Origin: Adineta vaga
Lineage: Eukaryota > Animalia > Rotifera
Length of the DNA stretch: 64,000 nucleotides
Direction of reading: 5' to 3'
NCBI GenBank assembly: GCA_021613535.1
Contig: CP075494.1
Span: forward strand, 930,001 to 994,000
In this document: one piece after another, positions 48,245 to 58,499 of the stretch
Position numbering within the stretch: the first letter of the stretch is position 1
Layout: the number at the start of each line of letters is the position of its first letter
Made by a program: the position numbers and the translations under genes
The notes under the pieces: generated by a model
What the model saw: only the letters and a program-made list of their open reading frames with translations
Told to the model about the DNA's origin: nothing
Databases searched by the model: none

Positions 48245-50877
48245 ATGTTCATATTAATGTCGGTTCTAATGATAAGCTTGACTCATGGAACAGTGGTAGA
48301 ACCTTCTATTGCGCATACAGTGTTCTTGCCTCGAGCACTCGATCCATTTTGTGATACATATGTAGAAACAATCACTCGGATGACTGCGAATGAATTGATA
48401 AACCTGCCTAAATTGAACGATACTGAATTTCTTGACCAACTGGCTCGTGGAGTTGATACTATTCCAGGTAAGAATATCTATAAAAATAAATATATCTTAG
48501 CTATTCTTCTCAGCATAACGAAGGAATCAAGTACTTGATATAGTTCGAAAAGAAATTAAAAATTCATTTTAACGTCTGGTTGGTTTCTAAAGCGACTAAA
48601 ACACTTTCGGTTTCAGACAAAGTATTAAAAAAGAAGAACAGTCATATTCCCTTTTCTGAAAAAAGGGTTCTATGGAGGTTAAATGGTGCTTAAAAATGCG
48701 TAAAGTTTGTATGTCTATGCAAGCCAATTAGACTGCAGCAAAGTTTTGTCACGTAAAATTTAGTTTATTTTACCTGAAATGAAACTCAATCCAAAGTTTT
48801 TGTAGTCGAGGAATTTGAATCGGAGGTTAGTTTTTTGAAGTTTTTCTGTGGTTCATCTTTTTAGTGAAAAGGAAAGTTCTCTATGAAAACAGTTTTTTTT
48901 ATGAGGTTTGACTATCTTAAGAGTGAGTGTAGGTATTGGTTTTCTTTATCATACACACTCACATCCACACCACTAGGATAGTAGTAAGAGCAGTCCAAAC
49001 TTTAATGAATACGTTTCCTTTAACGTACGATTTTCTTATATGCGGCATATGAGTTTTACATTTTGGCTCCAACGGGGCTGTGCTAACAAGTTTTTTGTTG
49101 AAGAGAAGTATAAAAGTACATACGACACGTATCTTCTTTTATAAATTCTTTTCCGCCGTTATGATCTTTATTGTATTAGAAAAAAATGCATTTTTCTTTG
49201 AGTTTATATAATGATCTTTATGTTATAAAGGATTCGTGAATCGTGTCAATATAAACAGTTTGTTTGATCCAAATATTGACGAAGAAATAGAATATCAACC
49301 AGATATGGAAACTGAATGGGAAGACCTTATGGCTGGAGGACCTGCTAGTATCAATTTTATGGGTGCTGTAATGGCTATTGCCAGCAGAACAGACTTTCGT
49401 CTCAATGCAAACTTTAGCTACACACTTGTTAAATATCCAGAATCTTTCCAAACTACTCTTGTACAAGTTGCGAACGATATGTACAGAGCATTATACGGTG
49501 CTCATACAGGTATGCAGGAAATTCAAGCCAATATGCGTCGGATTCCAACACTCTTGAAAACGGTTCTCAAACTTGTTACACAGGCTTCACCGTTTATGAC
49601 CAAGACAATGTTACCTAAAACTTTGTTAAACATTGGTCAATATGCCAACGACAGTGCTGCTATTGCTCGAGCTTCACTTGATCAATTTGATCATCTTCAA
49701 GCACTTCTCCAAGAAGTTGTCGAAGCGAGTACCTCGACAAACAAAGATAATAGAGATTTAGCTGAAAAACTGGCGGCGGAAGCTGAAGACATGAGGGTTA
49801 AAAAAATGAATATGGACCTTATGATGGCTAGCATAAAGAACGAATATGAAGCTGCTCAAAAAAATTTAGAAAAAGCTCGACAAGATTATAATGTGGCTAT
49901 GCTGAATGTACCGGGTGGTCAGTGGGATTCTACTGCTTGGAATGTTTATGCATCTCATCGTCCTTCTCAGACATGCACTCATAAGTGGGGTATTAGAAAA
50001 TGTAGATCTCTTCGTGACGAGCAGTTTGCAGCGTACACCCACGAAGCAAAGATAAAGGCCGAAGCAGCTCTAGTAAGTAGATTAGATATGAACGTCTTCT
50101 ATTTTTATATTTTCTTTTAGAATATTCTTAAAAAAGCAGAGGAACGCAGTCGAGAACTTTTCAATGAGCAAATGCATAAACAAACCGAAGTGAATGTAGC
50201 AATTCACACCATATCAATGATTAACTTCAATGAAACATCAATCAATCAAACAATCGCGATACTCCTTGATGCGGCACAAAAGATTGCACTCATTCAAACT
50301 CAATGGAGTCGTATCACTCGATTCTTCAATAAACTTGCTATTGATACAGAATATACACAGAAGGTAAGATGACGATCCCTATTCGTATCTATACTTCACA
50401 TATTTGATAACTTTATTAATAAATAAATCTCTTAATTGTAGGTTATTCTACAAGATTTTCTTAGTGTCATTGATGCAGCAGAATCCATGAGCGCACAGGT
50501 GAATCTGATAGACCAAACACCTTCTCACTGTGATGTTAGTGGAATCAGCAACAGATATTGATCGCGATTGTCATCTGCTGTTTCTTATGGCTAAAACTTA
50601 CTCAGATGTATCAAATGAATACATGCTAGATCAGATTGCTGGTTTATCTGGCGTTCTCACCTTACAAAATGATGGTGACCGAGAAACTTATGTAAAGAAA
50701 GTAGCTAACGAAAGCAGAGCAACATCAATGAAAGTTAAAGCACTAGCAGTTGAACGACAAAAGAAATATGAATTGGCAAATTCTAATCGGCAGGAACAGT
50801 ATATGCAATTCATACAAGAAGGAATGATACAAGAAGAACTGGATAATCTTGGTGGTATTGGTATTGGAAGACGTTAA
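48245..50877 (+). CDS. Secreted alpha-helical protein, paralogue C (long coiled-coil); apparent frameshift near 50515
   Basis: Exons 48245-48467 (signal peptide), 49231-50072, 50121-50363, 50442-50877; EWEDL, ASRTDF, KYPESFQTTLVQVA, QWSRITRFF, MAKTYSDVSNEYM. The last exon needs a 1-nt frame change. Confidence 0.8.
48920..48972. repeat. Degenerate telomeric fold-back unit within intron 1 of paralogue C
   Basis: GAGTGAGTGTAGGT-attggttttctttatc-ATACACACTCACATCCACACC; shares TTTTCTTTATCATACACA.TCACATCCA with the 51060 unit. Confidence 0.8.
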
Positions 50878-51059
50878 TGATCAACCAACTACAGCACTTT
50901 TCCCGAAATGGAAATCTAGAATCTGATGAATGAGTATTTTATTTTACCTTAATGTTATCTAAAGAGTAGGAGTTATCTTTAAAATACTATTCAAACATCT
51001 TTTATAGCTTTTAATAAAAGTTCACTCGTTATATTTTTCTCGAATTAACATATATTAAA

Positions 51060-51136
51060 GGGTGAGTGTAGGGGACGGGTGTGAGTGTTGCTTTTCTTTA
51101 TCATACACATTCACATCCAAACCCACACCCACACCC
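51060..51136. repeat. Telomeric fold-back unit at the truncation point of the Helitron-like ORF
   Basis: On the minus strand the ORF reads ...TLSAAE (GAA) directly into GGGTGTGGGTGTGGG. Confidence 0.95.
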
Positions 51137-52936
51137 TTCTGCTGCTGATAAAGTCAAGAAGATTGTGGCACAACCTAATTGCCTATTCATAGCCATAAGC
51201 TCCTTTTTTTTCAGTTCCCAGAATGCCGGTGAGGATCGATCACATCTCAAGAATGTGAAAGCATCATCATTATGTATCAGTCCATTGACATAATCTCGAC
51301 TGAACATTTGTGCAACAGTTACATTTTTTGTATTTTTGGTTTTTCTCAAAGTTATTGAAATAGCATCTGAAAACTTTCTTGTTTGCTATTTCTTATAGGT
51401 AAAAAATAGTTTCGATATTCTACCACATCTTCGATCAAACATTCTTAGTTCTGACTTAGCAATTTTAGCGTAAGTCAATTTAACATTTTCTTTGATTTTT
51501 CTTTGTTTACCACAGTAAATTTTTGGAAATGTTAATTCGTCAACTTTCATATCCATCAAAATTGATATTGGTCTATTATTCTCTGCTGGAGCAAATTTAA
51601 TACCGATATTATTCTGATCTTCAATCTCATCATTTAATAATGTTTCGGTTAGTGCTGGATTGATTGGTTTATCGTCGGATTCATTCCACTTGGCATCATT
51701 ATCATCATCAAATCCTAATTCCTTCACGTTTTCATTCTCATCATTTTTTTTATCTTCATCTTTAACAATGAAATTTTCTCTTTCATTAGAATATTCATTC
51801 AACCAATCATCGGATATAATGATACCTTCGCCTTTACATAGTTTCTGTTTGACAAGATATTTAACAGCTGTATGTACAACTTTTGGTCGAATGGTTTCAT
51901 ACATAAAGGCGTTTTTATTTTTCATTTGTCTCATGAGTTTTAGCTGAATCGTATGAGTTTCGCTAAACTTTCTCCGTAAGACTGAAACATTTGTGGCAAC
52001 ATTCATGGGAACATTGACCAGATTACCTTTGAGACCAAATTGCTTACAAAAGCCTAACGTTCGAATTACCATAAAAGGAATTCTTGGTGATATTAGTCGT
52101 TCTTCTAATTCAGTCAAGATTTTCAAACAATCTGGTATTTCATAGAATGCTAAACCATTAGATAGGCAAAGATTAGGTACTCTATTTGACATAATGTCCT
52201 TTCTACAAGTAACACATAATTTAATGATTGCATGTTTTATATAGCAAACTGTATTGATAAATTCTTGTGTTAATCCTTTATTTGTTAACATCTCAACTGT
52301 ATATTCTCTGATGGAATACTCAAACCATAAACCACCACAGCAACTGCAAATATGAGTAGGTCCTTTGTTTATGTTTGATTCATAATTTGATTTCATATTT
52401 TCTAAATTATTTTTGTATTTTTCTCTGTTATTATGTATTCTTAATGCATTTTGTTTTCTCTCCTCTTCTTTGTATTCTTCATTTTCTCGTGCAATTTTTA
52501 GAGCTTCAGCTCTTCTTTTATTATCTACTTCTTTGAATTCTTCATTTTGACGTTCAATTTTATGAGAATTGGCTCGCCTTTTATTATCTTCTTCTTTGAA
52601 TTCTTCATTTTGACGTTCAACTTTATGAGAATTTGCTCGCCGTTTATTATCTTCTCCTTTGAATTCATCATTTTGTCGTTCAATTTTATGAAAATCGGCT
52701 CGCCTTTTATTATCTTTTGTTTTAAATTCATCATCTTTTCGTGCAAATTTTAGAGCTTCAGCTCTTTGTTTATTTTCTTCTTCTTTATATTCATCATTTT
52801 GTCGTTCAACATTATGAGAATTTGCTCGTCTTCTGTTGTCCAACAAGCGATACTCATCATCAGTTCTTCTTTCTCTCATTCTTCTAGCCATCTCAACATT
52901 TTTTTGAGATATAGATCTCTTTTTAAGCTTTGGCAT
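51137..52936 (-). mobile_element. Helitron/Helentron-like Rep-helicase N-terminal part (DUF6570 + Helitron_like_N), nonsense-mutated and 3'-truncated
   Basis: C..C zinc motif, LTELEERLISPRIPF, GNLVNVP, FPKIY.G, RSSPAFW...LMAM.RQLG..TIFLTLSAAE. In-frame TAG at 51386-51388. 63-bp (21-aa) tandem repeats at ~52470-52860. Confidence 0.85.
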
Positions 52937-53606
52937 TTCTCCAAACGAGATGAAAAAGTACTTTTGATGTGGCTGTTTTTTTCTGAGCGATAGACAATGA
53001 AACAAAAAATATACGATTTTATCAGTCGGTAAAATTTCAAATGAAGGCAGCTTCTCACTCAGATTAAGCACGTGTATATATCGAGTGAGTCACTTGTTTA
53101 TCTCTAAACTTGGTGAGATAAGCAATAAATAAGTTTCTTTCGAGATAAATCTTCGTTAAGACTTGGTGAAGATATATATACTCGATTCGAAGTAAGAAAC
53201 TTTAGATAACGAAAACTTAACAGTTTTTTTTGAACAAAAAAATTCGATTTATAATTTCTTTGTTTGAGCAAAAGAATTTGATTTAATTGTTTTTATTTGT
53301 TTGTTGTTTTTATTTATTTAATTGAAAATAATAGAAATCTAAAAAGACGAAAAAAACGAATGACTGTGATTTTAATCACGAAAATAATTTCATTTGTAAA
53401 TGACAACAAATATTAAATTAATATTTGATTTTATTTGTATTTACTGCAATTAAAGATCAAAGGTTGAGTGAAACAATTAGATACTTTTGAGAAAACTTCT
53501 TTTTATTTGAAACAAGAAAACAATGTTTTTATACATCTTTTTTCAAAAAGTATACGACATGTTTTTTTATTTCTTTTATTTACTTAGCAAAGAAAAAAAA
53601 CGTCAT

Positions 53607-53740
53607 ATTGTTATTATTGTTGTTGTTATTGTTGTTATTGTTATCGTTGTTATTGTTGTTGTTGTTATTGTTGTTATTGTTATCGTTGTTATTGTTGTTG
53701 TTGTTATTGTTATCGTTGTTATTGTTGTTGTTGTTATTGT
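53607..53740 (+). repeat. Compound (GTT/ATT/ATC)n microsatellite
   Basis: Directly visible triplet tract. Confidence 0.95.
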
Positions 53741-55356
53741 GAAATATGACGAACAATAAGATTTTTATTTATTTTTTTCTAAAGCAGCTCGGAATAAATC
53801 AGTTCTAAAACGAAGAGTAGTTTAATTTAAGGTAAATAAGAGATGAATAAAACCATACATGGTAGATTTAAAAATATCTACGGATATTTGAGTTTGTTCA
53901 CTGGTTTCTTGTTTTTTTTGGGGTATTTTGGGCAATTGAGAGACACTCTTTATGTTTCTTTCAACTACTTGTATGTTAACTGCTTCATGACCTTTAGGTG
54001 CTAGAAAACAGAAAAAAAAGATTCATGCCATGAAGAAAATCAGATAAATTATTACTTTTGATAACATCGAATTTACATTTATCGGATATAAAGAGTTTTC
54101 TTTCACGAGCAGATGGATTAACAATAGATGCTTCTCTTGCAAAAATATCCTTGTATTGATTTTTATTATTATCATTACTACAAAAGACATGAGATTGAAT
54201 ATAAAAAAATAAAAAGTACATGATAATCACCGTTTAAGAAAAACATAATGCTTCGCTCGATTCACCGTTACAACTGTTCCATAAATCGCTTTGTCTAAGA
54301 AAAGAATTTTTATTTTTATTTTTTATTTATTTTTCTAGTATATTACCAACAAGTACAGGTGCATTATTATTAACAGGAACGAGTACTTTATTCTTGCTTC
54401 GAATAATTGTTCGTTCATTATTATCATCAGCAACTGTTGAATCATTATTATTATCAGCAACTATTGAATGATTATCATCATCAATAACCACTGATTCATT
54501 GCCAATTGAATCTACACGTGTTCTTGTCATTGATTGCTTTGATTTATCCATTTTCAAACTGAATTATTTCTACTTATTATTATTTTTAAGTCTCTTATTT
54601 AGAAGGCGTATTCTGATATCTTTTTGAACAATCAAAGCAAGATTTTATGAGAAAAAAAGACTTTCATGAAAATAAAGAATTTTTTTTTTGAAATATTGAA
54701 AAATGACGAACAATCAAAACAATTACATATTTGAATAAGATAACAATATTATTCATTTATCTTTTATTTTACATAAGAATAATTGAAAATACTCTAATTG
54801 TTCGATCAATGATAAGAATTATTTTATTTTTCATTTCAATATTCATCGTTTCGTTCATAAAAATTATTTCCTCGGAAATTTCATTTGAAATGAAAACGCT
54901 TTTTTTATTAATATCAGAAAAAATTAGTAAAAATCTTCATTTCTTTCACTATATTCTATTTGTCCGTTCAATTTCGTTAATTGAACAGTAATCAATGAAA
55001 ATCAAATTAATTGCAAAATGGTTGTACTATATAAATGAAGATGTCGAGTTCAAATACAAGCCGTACTCAGTTCTAAATTCTTTCATATGAGCAATAGTCA
55101 AGAGAAATTGTGTTTATGAAACAGATTCTTCGTGATTGTTTCGATGTTCAGGTATTCTATGATGAGTTAACTATCTCGTGCACTTTTTGTAGTACACATA
55201 ACTTTCGGATAAAATCCGAAGTTTCCGCATTTATTTTATGATATTCTTTAAGAATTGAAAGTTGGAAAAATATTCCGACGTGCGTGAGATGATTTATAAT
55301 GTGAAATCTATTCAAGTAATTCGGTTAAAAGTGAGAATAAGTGGTTACCCTCATTC

Positions 55357-56364
55357 CTATTTTAAATTTTCAAAATACCATTTGCAAACGAATTCCAATC
55401 CTTGTGAAGTATTAAATTTCGGTTCATACGATAGAATATTTTTAACTTTTTCGATAGAAGCTTGAGAATGTGGAATATCTCCCAGTCGTTCAATATCATA
55501 AATAGGTTCAATATCAGCAGTAATTGGATCATAACAAGAAATATTAGAACGTAAACTGGTAAATAATTCATTTAATGTTGTTTGTCCACCAGATGCTACA
55601 TTGATTATTATATTTATCTGAGTAATTTTAGGTGAGTTTTCGTTTGTATTTAGTCGTTCAAGAATAGTATTAGTGGAAGTTACCATAGCAAGTTCATTAG
55701 CTTGTATCACATTATCAATGTAGGTAAAATCTCGAGAATAACTTCCATCACCATTGATTATTGGTCGTTCATGTTTGATTAAACATTTGACAAATAATGG
55801 AATCACAGCTGCATAAGAACCATTCGGATTTTGTCGTTTACCAAAAACATTAAAATAACGTAATCCAATTGTTTCAATTCCATATAAGTTGGTGAATAAC
55901 TGCGCATAAAGCTCGTTAACATATTTCGTAATTGCGTAAGGTGACAATGGTTTACCAATATTTTCCTCAACTTTTGGTAATTCTTTTGAATCTCCATATA
56001 TTGATGATGAAGTTGCATAAATAAATCGTTTTACACCGGCATCGCGTGCAGCAACAAGCATGTTTAAGAAACCATCAATATTTACTGAATTTATCGTAAT
56101 AGGATCATCTATTGAACGTGGTACACTTCCTAACGCCGCTTGATGAAAAACATAATCAACATTCTGAGCGGCTTTCCGACACGTATCAATATTTCGAATA
56201 TCGCCTTCAATAAGTTCAAATGATGAATTGAGTAAAAAAGACTCAATATTATGACGAAATCCTGTAGAAAAATTATCTAGACAGATTACTTGATGATTTT
56301 GAAGAAAGTATTCACAAAGATTCGAGCCAATAAATCCTGCGCCACCTGTAATCAATATTTTCAT
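55357..56364 (-). CDS. wbpP: UDP-GlcNAc/GlcNAcA C4-epimerase (WbpP/TviC-like extended SDR), bacterial type
   Basis: ITGGAGFIGSNL, HQAALGSVPRSIDDP, SSSIYGD, YAITK (YxxxK), GLRYFNVFG.RQ.PNG.YAAVIP, GDG..SRDFTYIDN, GDIPHSQA. Intronless CDS. Confidence 0.93.
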   Translation of the reverse strand: MKILITGGAGFIGSNLCEYFLQNHQVICLDNFSTGFRHNIESFLLNSSFELIEGDIRNIDTCRKAAQNVDYVFHQAALGSVPRSIDDPITINSVNIDGFLNMLVAARDAGVKRFIYATSSSIYGDSKELPKVEENIGKPLSPYAITKYVNELYAQLFTNLYGIETIGLRYFNVFGKRQNPNGSYAAVIPLFVKCLIKHERPIINGDGSYSRDFTYIDNVIQANELAMVTSTNTILERLNTNENSPKITQINIIINVASGGQTTLNELFTSLRSNISCYDPITADIEPIYDIERLGDIPHSQASIEKVKNILSYEPKFNTSQGLEFVCKWYFENLK

Positions 56365-56425
56365 TTTAAATTAATCTAAAATATGAAGAAGTCATTTTTA
56401 TTAACAGAAAGAAAAATTGATAAAA

Positions 56426-57706
56426 TTATAATCGTCCGTCAACAATATCTTTTGGTAAAATTCCTTTAACATCGTAGAGAACTTTATTAGCAGTTGATAT
56501 TGAAGAAAAATCATACAAAGAAAATTCTTGATGAGCTACTGCAATAATAACTGTGTCATAATTTTCAATAATTATTTTCTTATCAATCATCTGAAATTCA
56601 TTTGCAGATTTAAGAGTAATTTTATATTCATTATAAACTTTTTCCGAATCTGCCCACGGATCAACAACATCCACAAGACAACCAAATTCTATTAATTTAT
56701 TAATAATATCAATAACTTTAGAATTTCGAATATCATGACAATTTTCTTTAAAAGTTATACCTAAAATTAATATTTTTGCACCATTAATTTGTATATTTTT
56801 ACGTATCATTAATTTAATAACTTGTTCAACAATAAAACATCCCATACTATCATTCATGCGACGTGCGCTTAAGATAATTTCTGGATAATATTTTAATTGA
56901 CAAGCTTTATGTATTAAATAATATGAGTCAATACCGATACAATGACCACCAACTAATCCTGGTTCGTATGGAATAAAATTCCATTTTGTTCGAGCGGCTT
57001 TTAATACTTCACGAGTATCAAGATTCATCAATCGAAAAATACGTGCTATTTCATTCATAAAAGCAATATTGACATCACGTTGAACATTTTCAAGCATTTT
57101 CGCTGCTTCTGCTACTCGAATAGATGGTACTACGTATGTACCTGCTGGAATTATTTCTTGATAAAGTTCATTTATTTCTTGACTAATCGCAGGTGTTGAA
57201 CCTGAAATAATTTTACAAACATTACTCAGTTGGTGATTTTGATCTCCGGGATTGATACGTTCAGGTGAATATCCACAAAAAAAGTTTTCATTATATTTTA
57301 AACCGCTTATTCGTTCTAAAATTGGAACACATTCATCTTCTGTTACACCAGGATAAACAGTTGATTCGTATATAACTATATCATCTTGTTTTAAAATTTT
57401 TCCAATCATTTCTGATGATTTCAATAGATTTGACAAATCAGGTTGGCTTTGTGCATTAACTGGTGTTGGAACAGCAACTATAAATATTTGCGCCGAAAGA
57501 AGATCATCTAATGAATAAGAATATTGAAGAAACTCAACACATTTTAAGTTTTCGCTTGAAAATTCATTTGTAGAATCATGACCAAGTTTAAGTTCATTTA
57601 TTCGATCTTTGTTAATATCGAAACCAATTGTCGGACGATATTTTCCGAATTCAATACTTAAAGGAAGTCCAACATAACCTAGACCTATGACAGCAACAGT
57701 TTTCAT
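56426..57706 (-). CDS. wbpO: UDP-N-acetylhexosamine 6-dehydrogenase (WbpO/TviB-like), bacterial type
   Basis: IGLGYVGLPL, VAVPTP, YESTVYPG.TE, GYSPERINPGD, AEAAK..EN.QRD.NIA, PGLVGGHCIG, LGITFKENC.DIRNSK. Intronless CDS; probable 5'UTR intron 57707-57841. Confidence 0.93.
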   Translation of the reverse strand: MKTVAVIGLGYVGLPLSIEFGKYRPTIGFDINKDRINELKLGHDSTNEFSSENLKCVEFLQYSYSLDDLLSAQIFIVAVPTPVNAQSQPDLSNLLKSSEMIGKILKQDDIVIYESTVYPGVTEDECVPILERISGLKYNENFFCGYSPERINPGDQNHQLSNVCKIISGSTPAISQEINELYQEIIPAGTYVVPSIRVAEAAKMLENVQRDVNIAFMNEIARIFRLMNLDTREVLKAARTKWNFIPYEPGLVGGHCIGIDSYYLIHKACQLKYYPEIILSARRMNDSMGCFIVEQVIKLMIRKNIQINGAKILILGITFKENCHDIRNSKVIDIINKLIEFGCLVDVVDPWADSEKVYNEYKITLKSANEFQMIDKKIIIENYDTVIIAVAHQEFSLYDFSSISTANKVLYDVKGILPKDIVDGRL

Positions 57707-57933
57707 CTAAAAAATGTCGAACCATCATATTACATTTCCTTAACTCAATGAATCCATGAGGAATCTTTCGCAGCTTTTAACTTGACTACAACAATACTCA
57801 CTATACAATGTTACAGTATACAATAGTTATATGTATGTTACCTTGAATAAATTGTTCGTAAAGAAGAAGAATCTATCTGTGATGTATGTGACTTTATTGT
57901 CGATAAAACATCATCATCCAAATCAAACCACAC

Positions 57934-57935
<2 letters not shown>

Positions 57936-57970
<35 letters not shown>

Positions 57971-58411
57971 GATAATATGTGTGAGGATGGGAGAGGAGAA
58001 GCATGGAATGAGCGGGTAGTGAAGAGGAGAGAATGGAATGAAAGAGGTGTAAGTATGCTGAGAAGGAGAAGAATCATGGACGAAGTCCATAACACTATCG
58101 AAATCATACTTATTAACTCCTATTTCTATCACATGAATGATTCAAGGATAAGTTTTATTTAATAAGAAAAACAAACAAATATATCACAAGGACGCAGAAC
58201 GAAGCAAAAAGGATGGTTGGATAATTATACGATATTGATATACGCTATTATCACTAAGTGATAATATTTTTTTTCTCGAGTTAACAGAGTACGATATCTG
58301 CATCCATTCAAGAGTATTCTTCTTATCAATCTATTTTGAATATTAGTATTAATTTCATAAAACAAATACACAAACGAAACTGACTCATTATATATATATA
58401 TATATATATAT
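57936..58411. repeat. Two (TA)n microsatellites (57936-57967, ~58389-58412)
   Basis: Directly visible. Confidence 0.9.
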
Positions 58412-58499
58412 ACCCTCGTTTCAATAGAGGGAATTCGATTACATCGAAAGAATATGGAGACAAATAACCTGGTTACACGTGTTTTATCAATATGATAAG

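Noticed and set aside
3758-51136. Repeat-spacer units as a CRISPR array
   Set aside because: The units are dispersed, inverted hexamer tracts with a consensus spacer. There are no regularly spaced direct repeats and no cas genes, and the context is eukaryotic.
53523-53759. 78-aa poly-Val/Ile membrane protein ORF
   Set aside because: Translation of a (GTT/ATT)n microsatellite.
56365-56445. Intron fusing wbpO and wbpP into one bifunctional protein
   Set aside because: The nearest plausible donor before the stop (ATT|GTTGAC) joined to the 56376 acceptor leaves 11 nt before the ATG, which is out of frame.
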